From Dictyostelium discoideum (Eukaryota): 64,000 nt of DNA. Below the pieces are notes generated by a model. It searched no databases. It was not told where the DNA came from and worked only from the letters and a program-made list of their open reading frames with translations. The DNA lies in assembly GCA_000004695.1 (NCBI GenBank), contig CM000151.3, positions 6,464,001 through 6,528,000 of the forward strand, given 5' to 3'. Both the position numbers and the translations under genes were made by a program. This document shows, piece by piece, positions 32,468 through 49,189 of the stretch; within the stretch, counting starts at the first letter, position 1; each line of letters begins with the position of its first letter.

Positions 32468-33523
32468 GTGGTGATTATAATACATGGTTTCTTCATGACA
32501 TCACCAAATTTCACATCAAATAAAAATGAAAATGTATCAATATTAAATGATTTGCGACAAACAAATAAAAGACTTCTTATTTATGTTACCAAGAATGAAA
32601 GTTTATTAAAAAAAGAATTTGAAATGGCACAAGAAATTAATGATTTAAAAAAAACCATTTCTGAAAGAGATACAAGAATTTTGGAGCTCCTAATAATTAA
32701 TCGTCAACTCACACAAGTTAACGAACCATTAAAAAAAGATATTGATGGTTTGAAAGAAAGAGATAAAAAACAAGATGATACAATTAATTTATTAAAACAG
32801 GAAATATCAGATTTAAATACCAAAATTGGTCAAATGGAAGAAGAAGCTCTTGTTCAATTAAAACTTATCAATAGGTCATATAATGGTTTAAAAAAAGCAA
32901 ATGAGTTGCTTCAAACAAAAGCTACTGATTTGGAGGAAATAATTAAAAATCTCAATAAAGAAATGCAAAGTAAAGATACTATTATCAATAGATTAGAAAC
33001 AGATGTAGCAGAATTAAAAAAAAAAGAAGCCCAAAGACAATCGTCTGCGGTCTATGTTTATATGGCCGATTTATGCAATTATTATTTGAACAACAAATTG
33101 TACCCAGATGTTTTAAAAGTATTTGAATATGGCACATCAGGATATACTAATTTTTTACAAAAATTAAAAAACGATGGTGAACAACCCATATCATTTTTGA
33201 GTTATTTTCGTAGAGAATATGCTGAAGATCCAAATATCGCTGTCCAAGCAGCCCCACATGGAGTTAACTTAGGTTTTATGCTAGACTTAATCAATCACAG
33301 AAATACCTTTACCCATTCATACGTCCCATATTCCGTTACGAGTTTATTAAAACTCTCCATAGAGGGATACAACCACCTTGAAAGTAAAAATCATCAAGAT
33401 GTTCTCGGTCAAATGTTTGAATTATACCAAAACTTCACACCATCACCACCACCACAAAATAAACACGATGCACCTCCAGACAAAACTAATAACCCATTTA
33501 AACATTTTTTAAATAAAAAATAA
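32468..33523 (+). CDS. hypothetical coiled-coil protein: N-terminal ~200 aa heptad-rich coiled coil, C-terminal ~130 aa conserved-looking globular region
   Basis: 351-aa ORF. The coiled-coil segment reads LKKEFEMAQEINDLKKTISERDTRILELL...DLEEIIKNLNKEMQSKDTIINRLETDVAELKKKEAQ. The C-terminus reads YVYMADLCNYYLNNKLYPDVLKVFEYGTSGYTNFLQKL...APHGVNLGFMLDLINHRNTFTHSYVPY. The true start may lie in an upstream exon. Confidence 0.5.
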   Translation: MVIIIHGFFMTSPNFTSNKNENVSILNDLRQTNKRLLIYVTKNESLLKKEFEMAQEINDLKKTISERDTRILELLIINRQLTQVNEPLKKDIDGLKERDKKQDDTINLLKQEISDLNTKIGQMEEEALVQLKLINRSYNGLKKANELLQTKATDLEEIIKNLNKEMQSKDTIINRLETDVAELKKKEAQRQSSAVYVYMADLCNYYLNNKLYPDVLKVFEYGTSGYTNFLQKLKNDGEQPISFLSYFRREYAEDPNIAVQAAPHGVNLGFMLDLINHRNTFTHSYVPYSVTSLLKLSIEGYNHLESKNHQDVLGQMFELYQNFTPSPPPQNKHDAPPDKTNNPFKHFLNKK

Positions 33524-33772
33524 ACTTTCAATTGCTTTTATTTTTTTATTTTATTTTTTTAATTTTATTTTATTTTTTTTTTTATTTTTTTTTTTACTTT
33601 TTTTTTTATTTTTTTTTTATTTTTATTTTTTTTTTTTTTGGGGTTGTTAGAAATAATTTTAATTTTTTTTTTTTTTTTTTTTTTCATTACTTATATCTAT
33701 ATTTATATATATATATATAAAAAAAAAACAAAAAAAAAAAAAAAAACAAAAAATAAATAAATAAATATAAAA

Positions 33773-35261
33773 ATGGATCAACAACTAAAAGAGCTTAAAC
33801 AGATGTTTTTTTTGTTTGGACTTTCAATGGTTTCATACTATACATATATTAAACTTCAAGAATATGTAAAGAGACAACAGCGTCTCTCAATAATTAAAGA
33901 TCATAAGGTAATTATCAAATAAAATAAAATAAAAAACATTTTATTTATCTATTAAATTATTAATAATTATTATTATTATTATTATTTTTAAATTTTATTT
34001 ATTTTTTCATCTTCTTTTTTTTTCTTTTTTTTTTTTTTTTCAAAAGAATATAAAAGAGATATCAAGAATGCATTTCAACGAATATGAGTTTAAAATTTTA
34101 TCAGGTTTGGTAGTTCCTCGAAGAGACTCTATAAGATTTGAAGATATAGGAGGATTAGATCTTATAATAGAGGATTTAAAAGAAACTATATTTTTTCCAA
34201 TGCAAGCAGCAAGTAATCTTCCAAATAAAGCCAAGAATGGCAGTTTCCACAATGACTTATTCTCAGTACCAAAAGGTATCCTATTATATGGTCCACCAGG
34301 TACTGGTAAAACTATGTTAGCAAAAGCAATTTCATATCATTGTGGTTATAACTTTTTAGGTATGTTGTGTTTGCGTTATTCCTTTTTATATATATATATA
34401 TATACATATAAATAATTAATTAAAGAAAAAGGGTAGAAATTAATTTTTTTTTATTTATTTAAATTTATTTTAATAAAAAAAAAAAAAAAAGTAATTGATA
34501 ATTCAATGTTAGATAGTAAATGGTATGGAGAGACAGAGAAAATGGTATCAGCTATGTTTTCAGTTGCCAAAAAGCTTCAACCAACAATTATATTTATAGA
34601 TGAAATTGATTCAATGGTTTCTACTAGAGAAGATTCAGAAAATGAAACATCAAATAGTAAAAAATCAATACTATTACAACATTGGGACGGTTTCTTTAGT
34701 TCAGGTAATGATAAAGTTATTGTAATGGGTGCAACTAATAGACCAAATTCAATCGATTATGCATTCTTAAGAAGATTACCAAAACGTATAAAAGTTGATT
34801 TACCTGATAAAGACCAAAGAAAACATATTTTACAAATTGTAATTTAAACTTTTTAATTTATTTATTTATTTATTTCTTTATTTATTTATTTCTTTATTTC
34901 TTTATTTATTTATTTATTTATTTATTTATTAACCAACCAACAACACACACCATTATAAATTTTAAAATTTAAAGATGTTAGAATATCATGTAGAAAATGA
35001 TTTTGATTATGATAAAATTGCAAATTTAACAAAAGGTTATTCAGGTTCAGATTTAAAGGAATTATGTAAAAAAGCTTCAATGCGTATGTAATAAAATATA
35101 TTAAAAATAAAAATAAAAAAATAAAATAAAAAATTATTTTGTTTGAATACTAATATTTTTGAACGTCTACAGGTTTTATGAGATACCGACCTAAAACCGA
35201 TAATATATTTGACTCAATGAAAATACCATATGAGTATTTTGAAAAGGTGTTATTAGGTTAA
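33773..35261 (+). CDS. ATAD1/Msp1-like membrane-anchored AAA+ ATPase, five exons: 33773-33907, 34047-34359, 34492-34838, 34975-35083 and 35173-35261
   Basis: The N-terminal TM anchor is MFFLFGLSMVSYYTYIKL. The junction motif is NEYEFKILSGLVVPRRDSIRFEDIGGLDLIIEDLKETIFFPM. Walker A is GILLYGPPGTGKTMLAKA. Also present are DSKWYGETEKMVSAMFSVAKKLQPTIIFIDEIDS (Walker B), VIVMGATNRPNSIDYAFLRRLPKRIKVDLP (sensor 1 and arginine finger), GYSGSDLKELCKKASMR and FMRYRPK...*. All junctions are GT...AG with consistent phase. Confidence 0.85.
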
Positions 35262-35899
35262 TTCCAGTTTAATTTGTATATCTCAAATCGCTAGCGACAA
35301 TTTTATCATTTTATCCCAGCTCCGGCTCAATTGATTACTAAAAATAAAAAAAAATATAAAAAAAAAAATAAAAAAATAAAAAAAATAAAAATCCAAATGA
35401 ATTATTATTATACCAGGTTTCTTGAAAGCAATAATGTTAACATTAATTATTATTAAAATCAAGGAAGAATTCATATGAAAGTTTGCCATAAAATACTAAA
35501 ATCGCATTCGTTGCATTCAAAATAAAAATAAAGTTAATAGTAAAAATAATCACGATCTTTTATTTGAAAAGATATTTTATAATAAAAAAAAAGAAAAAAA
35601 AAATCGATTTCATAATGAAAGTAATATTTAAAAAATATTTTTAAAAAAAAAAAAACGATATGTTATAATAAAATGATGATGATGATGATCTTTTATTTGA
35701 AAAAATAAAAAAAAAAACGATATGTTATAATAAAACAAAATGATTTTAGATTAAAGAGGATCCAATTTTCGATTTCGTTCAATTTCATATGAAAATGATT
35801 TCTTGTTCCATTTTTATTTTATTTTATTTTTTTTTTTTTTTTTAATTTTTCCAATTTTTATTTTTTTTTTTTTTTTTTTTTTTTTTTATTTATTATTAT

Positions 35900-35951
<52 letters not shown>

Positions 35952-36192
35952 CAAAACACAACGTCGCAAAACTGTTTTTATGTTTGGAAACCAAAATCAC
36001 CAAAATAAAAAAAAAATACAAAGTTGAACTATTTTTAATCTAAACACTTAAGCCAGCATTGCAAAATAATAATTAAATATTAAATAAATCAAAAATTGAA
36101 AAAATAAAAAAAAAAAATATTTAAGTTGAAAATTTTCTTTTTTTTTTTTTTAATTTACAATAAAAAACACACAAACCACAATTATATTTCCT

Positions 36193-36232
<40 letters not shown>

Positions 36233-36276
36233 AGATTGGCTTTGAAATTAATGAAATAATTTAAATAATATAAAAC

Positions 36277-36311
<35 letters not shown>

Positions 36312-36337
36312 ATAATAATAACAATAAAACTAAAATC

Positions 36338-40666
<4,329 letters not shown>

Positions 40667-40887
40667 AAAAAAAATAAAAAAAACAAAAAAAAAAAAAAAA
40701 AAAATATAAAAAAACAAATAAAAATATTATTGGAATCAATTTTTTAAAAAAAAAAAAAATCATTAAAATTGTTTAATTGACTATTTAAAATAGTTTTTAT
40801 ATGATTTATTAAGATGTACAAATTTTTTTTTATATAATTTAAAAGGTTTCCAAGTTTCCAAGTTTCCAGGTTTTTTTTTTTTTTTTT

Positions 40888-41577
40888 TTACATTAATTTA
40901 TAAGTTTTAACTTCACATCCATATGCAGTTGGTAATAATGAAATTACAGTGTTTAATGGTATATTAATATATGGGAATTTTTCAATTGGTTCACCTGTGA
41001 TATAGCCATATAAGCATCTTAATGGTGCTGGATGACTAACTATTAGTGATGTGTTTTTAGCTGTATGTGATGAAGATAGTAAAAAAAAAAAAAGAATTAG
41101 TAATTTTATTTTTTATTTTTTTTTTATTTTTTTTTTTTTCTATCTAAAATAACAAATAACATACTTCTCTCTAATTCTAGAATTACAGATTCTAATCTTT
41201 GAATTACATCTAAATAACATTCTCCTCTTGGTATTCTATAGCCTAATTTATCATCACTATGAGCACCAAATTCTTCTGGCATCTTTTTTAAGATATCCTC
41301 TCTTTTTAAACCTTGCCATTCTCCACGATCTAAATCATCCAATGCTTTTACATGAATTTTTGGATGTGGTATATATTGTGCCGTTCTAATTGATCTCTTA
41401 AATGTTGATGTCCAAACTGTAACTTCTTCATTTTGTGAATTTTCATCAACCCATGATGCTAATCTATGTGAAAAATTCTCACCTTCTGCTGTTAATTCTG
41501 AATCACCACCTTTTCTATAAAATGTTTTTTTTTTTTTTTGAATAACAAAATAAAATACAATATAAGTATATATTTTA

Positions 41578-41637
<60 letters not shown>

Positions 41638-42531
41638 TTGATATTGTATTTTTTTTATTTCTTTTTTTTAAATATATATATATACAAACCTTCCTAAAAC
41701 TTCCCATTCAGATTCACCAGATCTACATAATAAAATTGGACGTGGTGTTAAATGTAAATTCATTAATAAAAACATAATTCTACTTGGTAAATAACCTGTA
41801 ATATTATTGGCTATAATCTTTTTACCAACATCAAATAATTTAATAAATTGAAGTTGATCAGATTTATCAATGCTAACATATTCCTTTTCATAATATGATA
41901 ATCTTTCTCTAAAATGATTGACTGCTTCTGCTTGACTATGATGTTCATAATCTGGTGATGATTTCCAATTTTCAATCATATTTGTTTCAATTTTTTCTAA
42001 AAAAAATAAATAAATTAATTTAGATTAGTATTTTTGTATATATATATATATATATATTATTGGTTATTTTGATTTATTAAAAACAAAAAAAAAAGAATAC
42101 AAACTTTTATCAGTCATAAAAGATTCAACGAAAATTACTTTTTCAATACCTTCTCTTGCGCATCTTGATAAAATTAATTGTCTTCTTTCAGTTGTTAAAT
42201 TTGTAGCATCGAAAATACCAGCTTGAGCGCCAGAATTTAACCAAGCCATCATATCATCAATTGCAGCGACCGCCATATGTAATCTAACCCTAGATGCATC
42301 TATATTACCAGGATCAAAGAATTCAGCTGGTTGTTTTGCACCTAATCTTAATCTTCTATAATCTCCAACAGTGAATACCTTTGCTGGTACACCCATCCAA
42401 TTTAATAAATTTCTAACTTTTCTACTAATATATGTTTTACCTGATGCTGGTAATCCAACCATTACCACAACAATCTTATCAGATTCAAATCCTGTATAAA
42501 CATATTGTCTTTTTTTACCTTCTGTAATCAC
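40888..42531 (-). CDS. 6-phosphofructo-2-kinase/fructose-2,6-bisphosphatase (bifunctional PFK-2/FBPase-2), four exons: 42105-42531, 41690-41996, 41165-41514 and 40888-41060
   Basis: The kinase domain reads VVMVGLPASGKTYISRKVRNLLNWMGVPAKVFTVGDYRR...IFDATNLTTERRQLILSRC...IFVESFMTDK. Exon 2 reads KKIETNMIENWKSSPDYEH...TPRPILLCRSGESEWEVLG. Exon 3 carries the His-phosphatase RKGGDSELTAEG...VWTSTFKRSIRTAQ...ALDDLDRGEWQGLKREDILKKMPEEFGAHSDDKLGYRIPRGECYLDVIQRLESVILELER. Exon 4 reads TKNTSLIVSHPAPLRCLYGYITGEPIEKFPYINIPLNTVISLLPTAYGCEVKTYKLM*. The (AAT)n tract at 41581-41635 is intronic. Confidence 0.85.
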
Positions 42532-42666
42532 TATAAATTTAATAATAAATAATTAGTATGAATATATATATATATATAAACTATTACTATTATTATTATT
42601 TAATTATTTATTATTATTTATTATTTATTATTAATTATTTATTATTATTATTATTTGAAATAAATT

Positions 42667-42882
42667 TTATAATGATACTATACAATCAGAAGAACCTTTT
42701 CTCATCTCTAGAGTACAACCTGGATATAAATCGCTAATTTCATCCAATTCGTATAATGTTTTAGTTTGTCTATGTTTAATAATGAATGGTGTTAATGTAT
42801 CTTTATTATATTCTGGGAAAAGTGTTAGGAATAAGTCGTTCAAATCCTCTAAAGTTTTCCCATTAAATGATGTGGCTCTCAT
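42667..42882 (-). CDS. small hypothetical ORF of 71 aa (MRATSFNGKTLEDLNDLFLTLFPEYNKDTLTPFIIKHRQTKTLYELDEISDLYPGCTLEMRKG...), possibly an exon of a larger gene
   Basis: The ORF alone. No motif was recognised. Its composition is less AT-biased than the surrounding spacer. Confidence 0.3.
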   Translation of the reverse strand: MRATSFNGKTLEDLNDLFLTLFPEYNKDTLTPFIIKHRQTKTLYELDEISDLYPGCTLEMRKGSSDCIVSL

Positions 42883-43178
42883 TTTACCACGAACTTTAAA
42901 GAAAATAATAAGACTGTTTTCATCTTTATGTTGTTGATGTTCTAAATTATATTATTGTGATGAAGTGATAGTGTTATTAGTGTTGTGTGTGTGTGTTTTT
43001 TTTTTTTTTTTGTAGTATGCGTGATTTTTATAAAAAGTTAGTTAAAAAAAAAAAAAAGATTTGTATAATTTATAATTATTTTATAAATATATATATAATA
43101 TAATTATAGTAATATTATAGTATTATTTACCATTACTTGTCATTGTTCTATTAAGTTTGTTTATTATTACTTTATTTT

Positions 43179-43209
<31 letters not shown>

Positions 43210-43717
43210 TAAATTAAAAGAAGAAAAAAAAAAAATGAAAAAATTAAATTAATTTAAAAAAAATAAAAAAATGGAAAATGAAAAAAAAAAAAAAAAAAAA
43301 AAAAAATTTTTTTTTTTGGTTGGTCAAAATATCTATTTTTAAAAATTTTATTAATAAATAAGGATTAATATCCTTTTATTAATTTCAAACCAATAATAGT
43401 CTTTTAAAAATTTTATAAATAAAATAAGGATTATGACGTTGCGTTTAAAATTTTTATTAATCTCAATAACAATCTAATAAAAAAAATATTAATTATTTCT
43501 TAACCCTAAAAATTTATTCAATTTATAAAAAAAAAAAAAAAAAATCTTTATTTAACATTCGAATAATAAAAAAAAGAAAAACACACACACAAATAATTTT
43601 AAGATTTAAATTATAATTCCCTTAACAATTTTTTTTTTTTTTAAATCTTTTATCTCTTAATTTTATTTTTTGTAAATATTTAGTAATACTTTTATTTAAT
43701 ATATTTTTTTTTTCTTT

Positions 43718-43755
<38 letters not shown>

Positions 43756-43775
43756 TAATATTATTTATTTATTAT

Positions 43776-46379
43776 TTATTTTTTTTTATTTTTTGATGAA
43801 GACTTTGAGTTGAATATATCATCAATTTCATCATGTTTATCATTTGATTTTTTAGATTTCTTTTTTGGTTTTTCATCATCAGTATTTTGATCTTGTTCTT
43901 CATCTTGGTCAACTTTTTCAATTTCTTGTTTTTTATTTGATTTTTTATTATTTGTTGAGGTAGCAGTAGTAGTAGTATCTTTTTCATTTTCATTATCATT
44001 TAAAAGGTCAGAGAATAATTTTCTCTTTTTATCTTTTGAAGTGACATCATTAGCCCAACTATCTTTCTTTTTCTTATATTTATTAATTTGACAAATCATT
44101 AAAACGTAACGACCACATGGACGGGCGAATAAACGTTCTTCCTCTTTCATCAACTCTACAGCAATGACATCTTTTTGTTTAAAATCTGCAATTTTATACA
44201 TTTTTTCAATGGAATAACTACCATAACGATCTTCACCTATTGTAACGAAATTACCATTGAATTTAGTGATTAATTGATTCTTCTTTGGCAATGGTACATT
44301 TTGACTATCCAAAAATCCATCCAATACTTTACTACCGATAACATTGGTAGCCAATGAGAGTAAATATTCGATATCCAAAGAGAGGAAACTTTCAATGGTA
44401 GTTTTATTGTAGTCATTTGGGAATTTAAATAACAATTGAAGTATGACAGCACCACAAGCAGAATACATTTGATTATGAGATACATTACCCTCCAAACCCA
44501 ATAAATATTTAGCAATCTCTTTTTGATCAGTTTTATAATTTGGTAAGAGTGCTTCATTCAAATGTTTAATAATCTCTTTTTCATAGGCTGACCATTTCAA
44601 TGATTGTTCAATTAATTTCTGTACTATTAAACCTCTACCCATTTTAAATAGTTGTTTAAATGAATCCTTAAACTCTTGAATTAAAGTTAAGAAATGACCT
44701 TCACAATGGCAATGATCAATCAATTGTTGAACGACATGATTTGCATAGAAATCCTCTGAAAGATCCAATAGATCATGTTTACACAATTGAATCAACTCTA
44801 AAAAGATAACTTCTGGTGCTGTCTTTACAATGATTTCACAAAATACTGATCCAAATTGATTCTTCATTGCTTTAATAAGTTGTTTCTTTGAGAATTCTTC
44901 ATTGGACATCTTTATAAATGCTTCTAACCATGAACGATAAATTTCAATTGGTGCATTTGATAACACTTGAAATATTGATTTAATCGTTTCAATTGGTTCC
45001 TTTTGTGTTGAATATTTAACCATATTTGATTTAATTGGATCTTTAATTTTCTCTAATATCTCTTTTAATTTATCTGTAAATTCTTTTGATACTGGATATT
45101 CATTTGATTCTGGTTTCTCTTGTTGACGTTCCAATTCTAACATTCTTTCTTTATATGGTTTCTTTTTACCACCACCTTGACCATTACCTTGACCATTACC
45201 TTGACCTGGTTGATCTCCACCATTTGGTAATTTCTTTTCTTTTACTGTACCTGATAAAATTAAAATTATTGATGAGAAAACATAACTTGCATATCTATCA
45301 GTTACTGTCTTTAAAATATCCTTTAATAATAAATCACATAAATTAAAGAGAATCTCATTGAATTTATTCAATGTTTCTTTATCTGATCTATTTACAATCT
45401 TTGGTGTTGATCTTAATAAACCTTCAATAACTCTTGATCCATTTGCATCATTAATCAACTTTTCAAATTCTTTACCAAATGATTCAAAAAATTTAACAAT
45501 AACTTTTGGATCTTTACATTTTTGAAACATTGATTCTAATACTAAACTTGTCTTTTTATCACATGCTACTAAACTTTCTTTACCTTCAATTTCTTTATAT
45601 GCATTTTCAATCATAATTTCAATTTCTAAAAAAAATAAAAATAAAAATTAGTATTTAAAATAATAATAATTAATAATTTATTGTATTTTATAATAATTTT
45701 TACCTTCTTGATCAACAGCTTCTTCTTGTTTATTAATTAATGATTCAATTCTTGTGAAATAAGATCTTGTATCTAAATCTAATTGTGGAGCTGATGGATT
45801 AGTTGCATCCTCAACTACAAATTCTTCATCTTCTTGTTTATTTGGTCTTCTGTTATTTTCACTGTTTCTATCACCATTTCTATCATTGAATCTTCCACCT
45901 CTACCTCCACCTCTACCACCACCTCTTCCACCACTACCATTTCTATCACCATATCTACTATCACCATTTCTACTATCACCATTTCTATCACCATATCTGC
46001 CACCACCATTGTTATAATCCCTACCACCATTATCTCTATCATTATATCTACCACTTCCACCACTATTTCTACTACCAACTTTATCTATATAAAATCCACC
46101 ACCATTTGATTGATCATTGTTGTAATCTCTATTATTATTCCAACTTTTTTTATAGTTTCCGTCATCACCTCCTTCATTATTCCAACTCTTTTTATAGTTT
46201 CCACCATCACCTCCTTGATTATTCCAACTTTTTTTATAGTTTCCACCATCACCTCCTTCATTATTCCAACTTTTTTTATATCCACCACCGTAACCGCCAT
46301 CACCTCCTTCATTATTCCAACTTTTTTTATATCCACCACCATAACCACCTTCATAATTTGATTTTTTATTATATGACAT
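43776..46379 (-). CDS. nucleolar-type RNA-binding protein: N-terminal Gly/Arg-rich (GAR/RGG) domain with a fivefold tandem repeat, then an alpha-helical Pumilio-like repeat region (Nop9/Puf6-like) and a basic C-terminal tail. Two exons: 45704-46379 and 43776-45625
   Basis: Exon 1 contains five repeats of GGDGGNYKKSWNNEGG, then RYGDRNGSGGRGGGRGGGRGGRF, and ends ...QEEAVDQEG at a GTAAAA donor. The acceptor TTTTTTTTAG joins in frame to EIEIMIENAYKEIEGKESL... The second exon has repeated helical units (e.g. ASRVIEGLL, YANHVVQQLID, GSKVLDGFLDS, RYGSYSIEKMYK) and a K-rich tail. Confidence 0.65.
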
Positions 46380-46662
46380 TTTGTTGTTATTAACCTTTTT
46401 TCTTTAATAACTATTTTTAAAAAATAAAAAAAAAAAAAAAAAAAAAAATTTTTTGACTCGAGTCTTTCGTTTTTAAATTTTTTTTTTTTTTTTTTTTAAT
46501 TTTATTTTATTTTAATTTTATTTTTATTTTTATTTTTATTTTATTTTTTTTCTGACTTTTTTTCCATAAAAAAAAAAACTTGATTTTTGTTTAACAAATT
46601 TTTTCAACCCAAATTCTTGGATTTAGGTTAGTCAATTACTAACAAATATCTTGATCTCCATA

Positions 46663-46702
<40 letters not shown>

Positions 46703-46817
46703 CAACAAATTTAATTAAAAATTTTTTATTATCTTTATTTTCTATTATCTTTATTTTTATTATTTTTATTATTTTAATTTTTTTTTTTTATATTTTTTTA
46801 TATTTTTTTTGGTAATT

Positions 46818-47350
46818 TTATATATTTAAACGTGATTTTGAATTAAAATTTGAAAGTGTAAAAAATTTGACGATTTCATCACGAGATACATCATCTTCTC
46901 TTCTTTTTTCAATATTTTTAACTTTAATTGTCTTCTTTGCACCTTTTTCTTTAATAGTGATAATGTAAAGAGCACCAGAAGTGATTGAAGCGTCTTGTTG
47001 TTCTTCTGGTGTTGGATTTTCAATATACATAGTTTCAGCATTAAATCCTGCATTACACAAATCACCAACTATACCAATACGTTCTAAAAATAAGTTTGGA
47101 CCAAGACTAATGACAAAGATATCAGGAGTTGAGAATTTATGAGCAATCATTTGACTTTCACTTGACAAAGTTGGAGGTAATTGTTGTCTTCTCTTTTGTG
47201 AATATAATTCACGTTCTCTCGAATAGACCTTATCCATCGCAACACTTAATCCAGTAATTGGTAAATTAAAATTTGTTAAATAACAATTACTATAATAATT
47301 ATAATTATAATTATTATTATTATTATAATTATTATAGCTATTATTATTAT

Positions 47351-47382
<32 letters not shown>

Positions 47383-49143
47383 TTATTACTATTATTTAAA
47401 TTAAGTGGTGAATCATATCTACCACCAACAGCAAGACATTCATGCTTTTCTTCTTTTAATATAACTTGAAACATTATACCAGTTGAATAGAAATTTTCAC
47501 TAAAACAATAAGAAAGATCAAAAATTACTTTATGAGGTGAAATTGACATTTTTTCAAAATAAACTGCTAATTGTCTAATATCTTCTAATAAATCTGTAAA
47601 TGATGAACTAATTCTAACATTGTTATTGTTATTATTGTTATTATTATTATTACCTAAACTACCATTACCAGATAATAATGGATTATTATTTTGAGAAGCA
47701 TCTAATTTCTTTAAAACATCTGGTATTGTACCTTTAACTAATACCCAATTTGCTATTCTTTCAACTTGTTTTAAAGGAAGTTTAAATTTCTCTAATAAAA
47801 CTTTTTTAACAGTGAACCATGGTTGACGAATTAATTGACTCACCACTTGACTAATTTCATTCTTTAAGGTTAGATCAGTGATACCAATGAATTTCCACAT
47901 ATATTCAACGATACCGAAATGATTTAAACGTACGAAATAAAAATTTTGAGTCGATGGTAATGAATCGAAAATTTCCGTTGTAACTTTAATCGTTTCAGCA
48001 TCGGAATACAATGAAGATGAACCAAAAACATCAAAACAAAATTGTGATAATTCTTTTGGTAATTTACCAACTAAATGTGGTTTTCTAAATACATGTCCAA
48101 ATTCATAACGTTTAATTGGTGCTTTTGAAAGTAATTCTAAAATTTCATCAACTGATCTTGTCGTAGTATTAGATTTATCTTGATCATGATGACGATCATT
48201 ACTATTATTATTATTACTATTACCATTACTACTATTGTCATGACGAACATCATTTTGTTGTTGATGATGATGTTTATAATGATCACCAAGATTTAAAAAT
48301 TCAGTTTCAATAAATGATTTAAATGAAACACGAAGATCATGTCTTAATTCTAAAAGTTGACCACTATCATCCATTAATATTGATTTACCAGTTTTATTTG
48401 AAACTTTATTAATATTTGATGTAGATGTTGATTTATTTATTACAACTGAATTTGTATTATTAGCAGTATTTGTGGTGGATGTAGTGGTAGTAGTTGATGA
48501 TGATGATGATGAATTATTAAATAAATTTGGTTGTTCATTCCATTCTTTAATTATTGACATTTGGGGTGTTAACATTTCATTAGCATTATGTTTTTTTAAG
48601 ATTGTTATTATGACATCATCAACCAATTGTTTAACTTGAAGTAAATCTAAACTACAAAATAAGGATTTACTATAGGAGGATGAAGTTACACTTGATTGTT
48701 GATGATGATAAATATGGGAATGAAGATGTTGATGATTTTGTGAAAACAATGAATTTAACATAGTTTGATAGAATTGATTAGTTGGATTTGTAATTACACG
48801 AATTGAATTCTTAATATATTCATCCTCCATTTTTGGTGGCATTAATTCACTTTGTAATAATTGTTGAGCACTTGGTCTTTTTGCTGGATCTTTATCGATT
48901 AACATTCGAATCAATGTTGCCTGTCTAGAATGATTACGTTCAAAGTCACTTGGGAATTCAAATTTTTCACGAAGATTTCTTAAAACGATAACTCTTTCAT
49001 GACCAGTTGAAAAAACATACCACATTTCAAAGAAAACAATACCTAAACTATACATATCAACTTTATCATCATATGCACTATCACCATTTGTACCTGCTTC
49101 TTGTTCTGGACTTGTATAAAATAATGTACCAACTCTTGCTGTA

Positions 49144-49189
<46 letters not shown>

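Noticed and set aside
45815-46393. Five overlapping ORFs on both strands over the GAR-domain exon
   Set aside because: Frame and strand alternatives of the repetitive GGDGGNYKKSWNN-coding DNA. Only the frame continuous with the splice donor at 45704 is meaningful.
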